Of a stretch of 64,000 nt of DNA, positions 38,261-51,235 are shown in pieces (position 1 is the stretch's first letter; every line of letters starts with the position of its first letter). The DNA comes from Phoronis australis (lineage: Eukaryota > Animalia > Phoronida). The notes beneath the pieces are model-generated. The model made no database searches and was not told where the DNA came from. It worked only from the letters and a program-made list of their open reading frames with translations. A program made the translations under genes and the position numbers. The stretch is taken from NCBI GenBank assembly GCA_002633005.1, contig NMRA01000197.1:599580-663579 (forward strand). The letters run 5' to 3'.

Positions 38261-41200
38261 ATGGACATTTCAACTGGTATCGTCTCAACCACCAAGAAAA
38301 GGAAAACGGATGCTTTTAAAGGAGGATGCGTGGACTTAGTGACCAATGAAAATTTTGAACCAAAAACACTGTTTGACACATGCATAGAGTTCATAGGGCA
38401 GAATCTTCAACATGCCGAATCTTTGGTTGGTTTCCCAGACTTAATTGGTCGCAAAATATTCCGTTGTGCAGAAGAACACGATTGCTTGAAGTTGGATAGT
38501 AAACATTCTCTCAAGATTATAACACTGTTTCATAATTCCTACAAGCAAGATATTTTGAAGTCTCTTAACCTGAGGGGATGTCACATGGCCTTGGGCTTGT
38601 ATCAAGATCAATTTGAGATTTTCACTGACCTAACTCAGCTTGATCTTGGTTTGTGTAGTCTTGGAGATGATCACGACTTCCTACAGTGTGTTGCACGTCT
38701 AGAAAGGTATGGAATGGGTTTTTGTTGTGCTCCAAGGGTGTGCACCATATCATTTTAAAAGACATTTTCTACATGACTTTAAACAGCATATGTGGAACGC
38801 TAGGAATATATGATTTGGCGGAATGTCGTAGCTCAGAAATGACTGATCAGAATCATGTGAAACTATCACACCGTATGTTTTGTGTAATTTTCTGCAAATT
38901 GTTTTTAAGAAATGTTTTTGAAATTTCCCACTTTTGCATGAGAGGCTATCAAAATTTTTTTATGATTTTCATGAAAATGAAAAGAAAAATGAAATATTTT
39001 AGAAAACTGTAACATCGTTGATTACTTTTGTCTTGTACTGCACATGGTACATGTAAATTGTGACTCACTTTGTTCTAGTGCAGTGCCTTCTTAACTGTTT
39101 TCTTAAACTCCAAGAATTTGAAATGGGGCACGACAATTTTGTTGCGTCCATCGTCTGGACCCAAGGGTTGGGAAATGTAGAGCCAATACTACCTGTGTAA
39201 CTGTATTAAGAATTGCTTCAAATCAATTGTTTTTGGCGAAGTATCCGGTGAGAACCCAGACAAGTAAATAGCTGATATTCTTAGTTGCAGTCTTTGTATT
39301 CATCTCTGGTGACACTGCTATGTGCAAGCCTAAAGTAATCAGACAAAATGATCCAGAATTCCCTGTCATGATGGCTGGGCAGAAACCAAGTTCCTCATCA
39401 GAATAGTCCCACATGAGCAAGACTGATGAGGAATTAATGAGAAATCTACTATCTACTATGGCTAAGTCATTCTGTAATTAGAATTTTGTCTCCTTAATAG
39501 TTACTACCAGGAATTTTGCTGTTAACAGAATTAGCCCTCACGACGGGAAAAACGGTATTTTGTCTGATTACTTTTGTCTTGCACTGTGTGTTAACAGTGG
39601 AAGTGTAAACTGCTCAGAACCCTCAAACATTTTTTGTTTCTGCAAGCAGTGAGTTGCAGTCAACCATTGTCAAATGCTTGATGTCTTATTGCAGATTAGA
39701 AGCACTCCATCTGGACGGCAACTTCCTCTCTGACAATGGTGTTCAGAAGATGACGTTCTCAATGAATATCAAAAAGAGAGGTCCTTTCAACTTGAAAGTT
39801 TTAAATCTTGCCTGTAGGTACTAAAGACTTCTTGAAACTATGGTAAAAGTTGTCCAGTTCGATTAGTTTCTGAAATTTGGGACACAGCAATTAAAGCTGA
39901 ATAATTGGGACATGCCGGGTGATGTTGACGTTCATTGTACATCTCAAAGTATTGCCTATTTACAAGCTCTGACCTTGGAGGGAAATGATAAAATTTTCAT
40001 TGTCCCACGCTGCAGAATTTTAACTGTATATATCTGTATTAGGGTAGTTCTCACTAAAGCTTATCACTTGCAAGTGGTTAGAATCTCGCCAATTTAGGAC
40101 AGAGTATGATTTTATGATTAATGATTAGCACCAAATTGATGTTAAGATGTCTGAGACTGAATGAAATTAAGTCTTGCTCCTGTTTACTCGGTTCATCTCG
40201 CCATCCCAGAATTAGAAATTGGGTCAAGTGAAAGATGATTTGTGCTCTCACAAAGCTAAAGAGTAGTGCTACAAAATGTTTCCTGAACATTACTCTTGTA
40301 TTCCTGATTTAATTTTCTTCATATGCTGTGTGTTTGTTTGTGTGTGTGCATTCATGCTTGTCTGTGTGTGCGTGCGTGCTTGTCTGTGTGTGCATGCGTG
40401 CTTGTCTGTATGTGCGTGCATGTGTGTGTGCATTTAAACTTTCTTTCTATTTAGGTAACAGAGGGATTACGTCAAAGTCAGTGCAATATTTACTCCGGTT
40501 TAAGCGTTTACAGTTACTGGATCTTAGTGGAACAGATATTAAGGTAAAGTTCTATAGCACTGCAGAAATTACTTTGGACCCAAGACAACCTGCCTGTACC
40601 TTACAGAGACAATTCAAAAATTTATCACATGTTAGACATTTTGGTTGACTTGACCCCTGCTGTGTGGCTACAGGCACCACACATATAAAGGTTCAACTTT
40701 TACTCATTTCAAAATGTTTCGTGTAACCCACGACTGTATGATTGTTTATCAACTATTTTCGATATTTCTCAAAGTCTGTGAAGAGTCTTAGTCTGTGGAG
40801 AACACAACACTTTCGAGAGGCATTGAGAAAAGTCAGCTGAAGTTGATAAGTAATCAGTATTATAGTCATGTGTTCAGTTAATCATGTAGGAAATTGAATT
40901 TAGTGTCAAATTGCATGCGTTTGGAAATTGATACGTCTAAGCTATCTCTGTACATTGAAATGGGAATTTTAACGGAAGGAAGGTTTGACGCTTTGTTTCT
41001 ATTTTTTCTGCAAAATCAGGATGATGGTGTATCTCAGTTGAAGAGCGAAGGTTTCAGGAGTTCGTCGACTCTTTGTCCCGTTGTTGAGACATCAGGTTGG
41101 GCAGCAACCATTGTTGAGAGCTGGAAGCGTGCGTCGGAGACTACATGTCAGCCTAAACAAAGACTATCAAAGTCTGGATTCTGTAAGACAATACATATTG

Positions 41201-44200
41201 TGTTATGATAGAATGTCACAAATTTAGGATGCAATATATAAAAAAAATTTCAGTGCAGGTGGTCTGATGTCATTTGCGGTGCATCAGACGTGCGCAGGCC
41301 TCATGGTTGGGCCCATTGCACAAAACACCTGAGCAAAGGCACGAGACCCCAATTATGGCTCCTCGTGAAGAAAGTTTTTAAGTCTGCCAGTCTCCTTTAG
41401 AAAAACGGACAGACGTTTCCATTTGTTGCCATGCACTATATGTTGTAGGCATGTAACAGTGCCATCCAGCAGGTTGCTCCTTAGCCTATAAAAAGCTGGG
41501 CAAGACTCTACCAGGTGTTTTGGAGATTCTACGTCAGTACCACACTCGGGACACACAGGGCTCCCCATATGCCCAGTAATGTGTCTGTGTCGGGCTAGGT
41601 TGCAGTGGCCCGTCAAAATTTGAATGACATGTCATATACCCAATCTATCTAGACTCAGAAGGCTTGTTGAACCTTTTGGTTCGATCACGTTTGGAAAATT
41701 CTCCTTGGTCTCTCTGCTGGAGTTAAGTGATGCCCGCTGGGCTGCTGACTGGGTATGTACCCAGTTGCGTATACTCATCCTGCAACATCCGTAAGATACC
41801 GGGATAGCAGGTTCAGGCACAAAATGCAGAACGCTTGCTCCTATCTTTGCGAGTCTGTCTGCATTCTCATTGCCATCAATTCCCACATGGGCCCTGACCC
41901 AGCATATATTAACGGTTCTTTCAAATGCAAGCTTGTTAAGCTCATTAATACAAGCATTAACACAACGAGAGTTGACCCTTAGTTTCTTTAGGGCTTTTAT
42001 TGCTGCCTGGCTATCTGAAAAGATGGTAATTGGCCGATTGCCAAGTTGGATGCAATATGGCGGACTAGTAATTTTTATGCGCCCACATATTTATATGTGG
42101 ACGCATTATGCCGTCATCTCCGTCCGTCCGGGCGGCGTCCGGCGTCCGCTGCTCTATCTCCAAAACGCTTTGACATACGTTCATAAAATTTGGCGCATAT
42201 GTTACATTCATGAATGGGACAGCATGTGCGAATTTTCGGACGGATCCGACTACCGGTGTGCCCCCTAGTGGCAATTTTAATTTTTTACGCTTACCTTTGT
42301 ATTTTCAAAAGTCCTGAACGGATTTTCATGAAATTTGGTATGTAGGCACCTATTAGTGAGATGATGATTTCCTCCCGTTTTCAAATGGTTTCAACATAGT
42401 TTGCGCCACCTAGTGGCCATTTTTAGTGTTTTCGAGTCTGTTTTTGTGCGTCCACCCCTCTATCAACCAAACCGCTCAAAGGATGATTGTAAAAATTGGC
42501 ATGTATATGCTTACTATGTAGAAGAGGGTTGACGATGATTTTCCGACGATTTTGACTACTGTGGCGCCTCCTAGTGGTAGTTTTGTTTTTTTTGCACCTA
42601 TGGCTGTGTCTCCTAAACCTTTCGCAGGATCTTTACGAAATTGTGTAAGTATATTTATTTGATGTTAACAACGGAAGATGACGACTTTTGGATGGATCCG
42701 ACTACCGGTGTGCCCCCTAGCGGCAATTTTAATTTTTTACGCTTACCTTTGTATCTTCAAAAGTCCTGAACGGATTTTCATGAAATTTGGTATGTAGGCA
42801 CCTATTAGTGAGATGACGCTATTCTCCCGTTTTCAGATGGATTCGACATAGTTTGCGCCACCTAGTTGCCATTTTTACTGTTTTCGAGTCTGTATTTTTG
42901 CGTCCACCCCTCTATCAACCAAACCGCTCTAAGTATGATTGTTAAAATTGGCATGTATGTTCTTACTATGAAGAGGATGGTTGTCGCTGAATTTCCCATG
43001 ACTTTGATTACTGTGGCGCCTCCTAGTGGCAGTCTTTTTTTTGCGCCCATGGCTGTATCTCCCAAACCGTTTGCAGGATCTTTACTAAATTTAGCAAGTG
43101 TATTTATGTGATGTTGACAACGGACGATGACGACTTTAGGATGATTCTGACTACCGGTATGCCTCTAGTGGCAATTTAAGAATTTTACATTGACCTCTGT
43201 GTTTTCATAGGTCTTCAGGTGTATACTTTGTGTTACTTCGTGACTATGAAGGAAAAGTTCCAAGTAGAAATTTGTTTCTGGCATTCTAATGCTGTGCTAA
43301 TCTCGTATATTGGTAAATCTGTTTTTAATTCTATGTTTCTGTGGTGACCATGCCTTTCCATTTTGCAAAGTACAACATACTACATATATGCCCTCTACTA
43401 GCCACTTCATGGTACCAATAAAAAACCCTAGTAGGATACCGTATACGGTGCAATTGTGGGCGCATTTCAACGCTCTGCGTTGCTCTTGTTCTCATTATTG
43501 TCACAAAAAGCAGCAAATGTAATTATTCTTAAATTTTACATACAGTGCCCCTTTAGGCAACATTTTGAGAAATTTTGATTACTGGTATGTTGGAAGCCTT
43601 TGAAAACTAAAAAAGCTTTGAACTCTGGGAATTATTTTTCCAGAAATTGGTCAGATTTTACCATTATGGTGAATATGAGGAAGAAATTCACCGTGCAACA
43701 GAATTCTCTTTAGAGCTAGTAGCCCTTTTTATGTGGCTACGTATTTGTACGTGGTCACATATTGCTATCATATCTGTCCTGCGTCTGCTGCTGAATCTCA
43801 ACACCCCTTGGAGCACCTTCAGGAAAATAGATGTTTTTCTATGGAGATGATTGCAGATGGTGACTATTTTCAGACGAATTTGGCTACCACTGTGCCCCCA
43901 AGTGACAACTTTAGTAGTTTACGGTTGCCTCTGTATCTTTGATATCCCGTATTTTTTTATTTTGCAAATATGTTTCTATTAAGGAAAGACGATGCCTTTC
44001 CATTATTGAATGAATTTGACATTCTGCACCACTTGGTGGCCATTTACAAAATGTTCAAGTCTTTTTTGCGTCTGTCTCTTTTTGCCAAACGGCTTGAAGG
44101 ATCATTATGAGAACTGGCAGACATGTTCCTGATGTTGGCTCCACTGCTCTGCACCACCTAGTGGTGCTTTTCCGTCTGCGGCTGGTATTTGTAAAAAATT

Positions 44201-45532
44201 GAAGATATGTTCCTGTAAGGCTGATAACAGATGACGACAAGTTTCAGACCAATCCGACTACCACTGTGCTCCCTAGTGGCAGTTTTAGTGTTTTTGCACT
44301 TGCCTCTATATGTTCGGAGTTCATTGATGGATTTTTACTTCGTGTTGCTCTTGTTTAACTTTCAATGGGGAAATCAGTTTTCAAAACTAGTCCAGGTCTT
44401 GGGATATTTATCAAAATTGATACAATAAAGTGATTATTACGAATGTTGCCTGTTCTGCACTACAATTTTTGTGTAGTCGGTTATTCTCTTTTTGATGCAT
44501 CGATTGAAAATGCCGTACCTTATGTTGTATGTACGATTGTTTTATGTGATTTGATTTTGACACCAGTTTGTTTGGCTTTGTTTTTTCTACAACCATGAAC
44601 TTGAACATTCTTTTTAAATGGACAACATGCAAAATCTGACTGTTGCCAATTGGAGAGACTATCAGTTAAGAGTTTTAAACTGTGAATAGAGCTACGTAAT
44701 CAAAACAATATGTCTTAAGAAAAGTTGTTGCCCAAGTACTCTTGAATGTAGTATGTATGAATAGTTATCAGTGCGAGTGCAATGCCAATTAATTTCCAAA
44801 AGTTAGTCATGCAATTTTTCCGCTTTCTTAGAGTTAAAAACTTCATAAAACAAATTTTAACTCAAGTTAGTCCAGGCGAAACTAAATAATGCTCATTCAA
44901 CACAGCTCCAAATATTTTCAAACTTAATTGAATTTAATAAACTTAACTTTTATTTTTAGAGGTGACATCTCAACTGCTGTCATATGTAATCAGGCTTCTG
45001 CGGCAACCCCGTCCACTTTTTAAAAATCTTCGAAAATATTAATAGTTAAATAAGGCAAACCAAACAGAGCTTAAAGTTACGAAATGTTTATATTTTAGTA
45101 ACTTTCGACTGACAAAACTGATCCTGTGTTTTTAATTGGTGATTGGAATGGAATGAGTATATTTAATCTGCAGTTGCTAATGTTACAGATTCAAGAAAGT
45201 GTATTCTTCCCACTGCACCGTTTCTTCCTTCTCCAACCCGAGCTCCGGAAATTGTCTTAGAGCGCAAGGTCCCCTTGATGGAAAGATCGCCGAACAGTGA
45301 TGGCATTTCAGAGAAAAACACCAGCAGGAATGTAAATAGAAAACTAAATGCAAATATTAACCAATGTCCATATCAGAGAACAAGTTTTGCCAGTGAAAAT
45401 GGTAAAGGTGAGGGTGAAACTGTTCCTGAGGGAGATCCCATGTTTGCGAGTTATCTGAACGTGCCCACTAACAGTTCTAAGGCAAGAAGGGATAATACAC
45501 TGTGGTCTGCGATGAACTCTGACCTCTGGTGA
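38261..45532 (+). CDS. LRRC42: Leucine-rich repeat-containing protein 42, 5 coding exons, about 386 aa
   Basis: Exons 38261-38706, 39695-39813, 40455-40543, 41020-41182 and 45189-45532 are GT-AG and phase-consistent; an alternative in-frame acceptor lies at 45174. Motifs SLVGFPDLIGRKIF, LDLGLCSLGDDHDFL, LHLDGNFLSDNGVQKMT, LDLSGTDIK, ETSGWAATIVESW and FYSRK correspond to vertebrate LRRC42. Confidence 0.92.
40325..40431. repeat. TG-rich compound microsatellite
   Basis: tgtgtg/tgcgtg/tgcatg runs just upstream of the LRRC42 acceptor. Confidence 0.85.
41250..42060 (-). mobile_element. 5'-truncated RNase H-containing LINE (I group) in LRRC42 intron
   Basis: RNase H motif AHVGIDGNENADRLAKIGA...PEPAIP and zinc knuckle TGHCNLARH...CPECGTDVESPKHLVESCPA, with frameshifts. 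Confidence 0.85.
42072..43490 (+). mobile_element. Non-autonomous Helentron (DINE-1/HINE-like) with internal ~455-bp tandem repeats
   Basis: 5' TTTTT-ATGCGCCCACA, (CCGT)n tract, repeated blocks at about 42235-42690 and 42690-43145, 3' subTIR TGTGGGCGCAT, hairpin CAACGC-tct-GCGTTG and terminal CTCTTGTT. An older decayed copy lies at about 43840-44355. Confidence 0.8.
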
Positions 45533-45844
45533 TGATGTGAATGACTGCAGCTGTGGAGTAGTGCAATATGACGGCTTCGCACAAATTTGGTGTCAAACAT
45601 GCAATATGCAAGTAGACATAACAAGGCTTCAATATCAGGATTAACAGTGTGAAAAAAGGGTTTGTCATAATCTTGACTGTTTTGTTAAAACAGACTTTTA
45701 AGCCATAACTTCTTAATGGATTCTCTGAAATTGGAAATTTCTTGCAGTGAGTCGAACTTCCATTATTTTTATAATACAATAAAAACTGCTCATACAGTAG
45801 TCGGATTTTCAACTTAATAACTCCATAACAAAATTGTGTATTGA

Positions 45845-45978
45845 GGTTGTCATACACTCGACCCTTCAGGCAAGTGAGATTTCACCTCAGATGAATTCTC
45901 ACAATCTGCTTGTCATATGCTTGACCCTTCAGGCAAGTAAAGTTTCACCTCAGATGAATTCTCACCATCTGCTTGTCT
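45845..45978. repeat. ~61-bp tandem duplication downstream of LRRC42
   Basis: GACCCTTCAGGCAAGT..TTTCACCTCAGATGAATTCTCAC.ATCTGCTTGTC occurs twice. Confidence 0.85.
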
Positions 45979-46757
45979 CTGACTTAGAAAGCCGGTTTAA
46001 TCTATTCCTAATTCTATTGACTCAAATTGCATGTTTTTGTTATTCACCTTTTGTTTAATACCGATTCAAAACCCTAGTTTTAGGCATTAACTTATGTCAT
46101 TTTCACGGTAACAGAGCCACTCAAACTTCAGTCTTTATAAAGTATGTTGGAGGTTGTCCAAAATCACATTGTGTGCAAGTACCATTATGGGAACATTCAT
46201 TTTCGTATTTTAAAGCCTATCTTGAATGGTATCAGTTGTAGATTTGGTTCCTACCGCACGTCAGGAGCATCGCTCTGAACCCACCAGTGCCATAAATTGC
46301 TAAATGTTTGGCGTATCGGCCAGCTTTTGTCTACGTAATGGTAACAGTTGCCTTTTAATTCAAACAGCTGATGGTGAACAACATACGCATACAATGGTGT
46401 TCTATTCAGACCCCTTGTCTAGGGCTTGGAATGACCAATGACAAAGAGGAAAACTATCCAGGTGATGCATCACTCCACAAATAAACTTGTGCGATAGAAA
46501 TATTTTGTGTTGTAAAATTTAAGTGGAGTATACGGCTTTTCATTGAATAAGGTCAACATAATGATAAAAAAAAGGAACTGGAGATCATCCAAGAGGAAAA
46601 AAAAACAAAAAAAAAATCCTTTTAAAGGAGCAAAATTCCAAGCCCTGCTTGTCTATACAACTTCCATTGACCTTTGCTTTTGTACTGGCTTCTTACAGTG
46701 ATGTAATATAGCATAAAAAGTCATCTTTCATTTGAGGGGCCTACATTTAAACTCTAG

Positions 46758-47914
46758 CAGCCGATTTCATAAAGGTGGTTTAAAGTTAAACCAGGTTTAA
46801 ACTGGACTTAGACCAGGTTTAATGATAATCTGCATTTCATAAAGGTGGTTTAACTTTTAGACCAGTGGTCTTGTAAAACCTGGTTTAACTCCAGTTTAGA
46901 CCTGGTCTAAGTCAGTTTTCATTTCACCAACGAGGGCTATATTCTTACCTGGGTCTGACCAAGTCTAAAGTTAAACATGGTTTAAGATCTTAACTGTTAA
47001 ATATGTCAGACTTGCATGGTATAGGTACAACTGAATGATGGCGCGGTGTGCAATTGCGACGCAGTTTCAGAGCGAAAATGGACTATTTTCATTATTCAGG
47101 TTTACTACGACACGAGATCAAACGTAGCAGGGGCGGATCCAGGATTTTTTAAAGGAGAGGGAACGGTCAAGGACTTTTTGAAAGGGGGGACCAAGTCAAC
47201 AATTTGAAAATTATAGATTTGATATCATTAAAATCAAGGGAAAAGGAGGGCTCCGGACCCCTTGACCCCCCTGGATCCGCCTATGCGTAGACCAGTACGT
47301 GCTGGAGTGTGTCCTGCGGATTCCTCAAAATACGACTGGTCGAGCAGGTCTCATCATCGCAAGCCCTACGGATTTGACTTAAGACCGCATCCTCTGATTC
47401 TTCTGACTGAGTTCCACCTCCACTGTTCTCCAATTCAATGATGCCGGGAAGGGGTCTTGCACCCCTTTGACCGCGAAAAATAAATACTGAAATGACACGG
47501 AAATAAATTTGGACATTTATCATGTTACTTCTAATCTTGAGCATGTTCTTTAATGTGTGTGTGTTGGGCACACAAATTACATTTTTCCTCATGAGAAAAG
47601 CTTTTAGACCTTTGTCGTAAATGTCTGCACTGATTCTACTGGTATATGCCATTCTATACCCACGTGATCAAGGTTTCATTGAAGCACTTCAATAGTTTCT
47701 TTGTTGGGTTTACCCAGCTCGACACAGTGGGGTGCCTTTGATACTTTAAACCTGGTTCTACTGAACCAGCTCCCTGGTCTAGCAAAACCAGGCTTTCAGA
47801 TTCTTAAACCCTGTTGGTGAAATGCAAGTTAGGTCTAAAATTAGACCAGGTTTAGGAAGACCAGGTTTAAGTCTTAAACCTAGTTTTGTTAAACCACCTT
47901 TATGAAATCGGCTG
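46758..47914. mobile_element. Non-autonomous PIF/Harbinger-like element, 3-bp TSD TAG
   Basis: TIR CAGCCGATTTCATAAAGGTGGTTTAA at both ends, subterminal AAACCAGGTTTA repeats, and TAG on both flanks. Confidence 0.8.
47128..47285. mobile_element. MITE with 5-bp TSD (hAT5-like) nested in the Harbinger-like element
   Basis: CGTAG | CAGGGGCGGATCCAGG...CCTGGATCCGCCTATG | CGTAG. Confidence 0.85.
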
Positions 47915-50900
47915 TAGCTGATTTTGCTAGGACTATGGTTAGCCCCAAAACATCTAAAATATCAAAATTCCGTTCAAGGTAGGCTCTCTAGTCAATTACG
48001 TTGCCATAGTAACATTTCAGAAGAAATGGGTGTTGTATTCATGACAGCAGGTTGTGCAACACAATTTTAGTAATTGATTATTTTCGCGCATGAAATTAAT
48101 GTGGTTTCACGTTTTTATTTTCTTAAATTTTTATACATCAGATCAACGTAATTGTGTATTTATTATAAATTGAGATTTTGTTTAAAAATGTACGTTACTT
48201 TTCTACTTCTCCACTTTTCTGCTAACTTGTTAAGTAGGAGATATTTTTCCCACTGGATAATAAATCTTGTTCATGTGAGCTAGTATTCTGTTTTGGGCCT
48301 ATTTTACAAGCAAGACAAAGATGAAGTGACTCGCAACAATCTTACAAAACTGCAATGAAATGCAAGAACTAGAAAACAAAATCCATGTTATTAAGTAGCA
48401 TTGACATCTATTGCCAGTCAATAACTAACAAGAATAGTGACAACTGGACTGATGAAAAGAAAATTTTACATAGAAATTACATCAGTCGCATACCAGCTAT
48501 AAATATGAAAAATTTCCAGTCAATAACAGTTGCAAGACACCAGATTGTCTCGCACATACAATGTAACTAGGATTTCTAAATGTATTAATCTTTCAGCACG
48601 GTTATGTAGCCCCTTATTGACAAGTGTGTAGTATTTAGCCTTCCGAATTTACAATTTACCTTTTTTACATTTGATCAATCGCTCAGTAAATGAGTCACGA
48701 GACTAAACATTTTTTTTGTAAAATTTAGCAATTGAAAAAAGGAACATGGATAAGAAAAACAAGTGTCACTGGCATGACCAAATTTTATTTGATATCTCAA
48801 AAATGTAGCTTTTCACTTTCTGCAAATTATGAAAATTTTCCACGAAAATTGTATATGCCCCATGTTTGATAGCCCCTCGTGCAAAAGTGAAATATTTAAA
48901 AACAATCTGAGCATTTTTGGAGACCGAAGCACACAGCATAGTATCAGAAAGTTTCACATGAATTCGAGATGGTCATTTCCGAGATATGATGTTCCAAAGT
49001 CCAACAAATTTAGACATTTTTTATAGGGACTTACATAACATTAATGCTTGAAATTTTCAACAAATTCCCTTTACGAGCATACATATTCTGTTGGCTTTTT
49101 ACATTTCTCAGTTTAATGCTATGAGCACTTACCTAGACCAATACACTAACACTTTCAACAAGAATACCTTTGTAGTTCTATGACAGTGTACATTATGAAT
49201 ACAACATGTTTCAACTGCTAAGTCCTAAACACATATTCATACTGGTCTATTCTTTATCCCAAACACTGCACCACGACCTTTCACTAATTAGGCGGAGAGA
49301 ATCCGAGAATTGTGCAGAGGTAGCCACCAGAAATCTTGGGTACGGATGTTTTAACAAAGCTTCACCTGAAAGTGACACTTTTCAGGTTTTGGCACCTTAA
49401 GCATGACTTAGGGGAGTATTTTTAACAGATAATCATTTTATAAGGGTGCCAAAAGAAGTAATGCCAATAACAGTTAAAGCTTAATGTTCATCTTTGATTA
49501 AATGTTCAAGTTGATATTCACCATTACTCTTCTCATAGTAAATTACTTTAAAATGAAATACTTTTCGTGTTATTTGTAACACTGTATTGCTGAAAGCGCT
49601 GTGATATGCCACACTTCCTCTCATGGCAGATAGTTCTCAAAGATTCACTTTATTAGGGTTCACTTTTGAAAAAGTTTACATTATTACGGTGGTAGTATGA
49701 AGGAGTGCACTATGACAGGATGAGGTTTTGGGGTCCCTGGTACACAGTCTTAAAAGCTTTCTTGAAATCTTTTGATGAAACATACATACTCAAGTTTCTT
49801 GTGACTGCCCCCAAATGTATAAATCGCAGGGGTTCTATTCACTGGATCACCATAAACATACACGAATGTGCTGCTTAGTAGAATGTTGTTACATCAAGCA
49901 AGTATACGGAGTTGATCCCTGTTACCACAAACACGACTTCTAGCGTTTACTTGCTTATAACATTCGATGAAAACCTCAAAGCCAACTGTACAGTAAACAA
50001 GTTGTTAATGTGGTAACAATGAATGGCATAGAAAAGTTCCGAGAAGGTACAATGTAAGACAGTTCAATCATACTACATTAAAATCCAGACTTTGCTAAAA
50101 ATAAAGTACCAGATGTTTTATCTAAGGAATCCTTCTATATGGTAAATCAAAACATTTGAAGACACAAACTACTAGAACTCTACCCTGGGAATGATAACGC
50201 ATCTGGAAACTTAGGATAAGGTAAAAGACATTCAAGATCCCCAGCCTAGCATTCGTCTAATACATGGTAATCATCCTTGGGTATTGGTCTACAGCAGCTT
50301 GGACATCAACGAAAACATACGATGGAAAATTTAAACCATAAAAGAATAACGGGTCACTTTCGAAAACGATACTTGTCTGTAACGCAACTACACCTCATTG
50401 TACAAAGCAAACCTGACCATCGTTGTCAATAAGGCCGCTTGCTGGCATTCTCGAGAGCCTGCGTGAACGACGTATCTTCATTCACGTTTTGGGTTTCATC
50501 AAGCATGACCCAATGATGCACTAACAAGTAATGCACACAATACAGACTATTTACTATAAAGTAAAAAAAGCCAGTTACGTGGCAAACAGATCTACAAAAA
50601 AAATTTGGTCCAACTTATGCGTGGCTTACCCAACAACGACATGGCATAACGAAAATCACATACCTTTGAGCCACATTATAACGAACTAAGTCTATAATGA
50701 ACACGCGTGCATAACCTTTGATTCCACAAATGCCAATCCAACTGACTTTTGTACAGCGTATCAAATTGATTTGGTAAACTTCCAGTTTAACAACCTTTTA
50801 GACATGTCCCAAGGTCCATTGTAATGTGCTTCCACTGTCTTAGTACTTGAACGGAAATACCTAAGTTTGAAGACTATCATCTGATGGCAATACAATGGCT

Positions 50901-51235
50901 TTACAGTCAAGTATTTTTGTACATAACAATCCATTATTTGTATCTGATAGAAACTATGCCAATGAGACTACAAGCTACAAGCAAAATTAAACTGTTTTCC
51001 AAGTTAAACAGTGGGAGCAATTTACAGAAAATGTAAATGTATTTTTACTTACCTGTTGGAAATCGACAAAATTCACATTTCATTTAAAAATTTAATACAC
51101 TCAACAACTCAATGTTTTGTTAAATGATCAAAAAATTCCTACACAAGGCAGATATAAAACTTTCACCATGACAACACCATCTTCAAGAAAGAAACATTTC
51201 AACACTAAAAAGATTACTGTTCTCTTCGTACGGGC

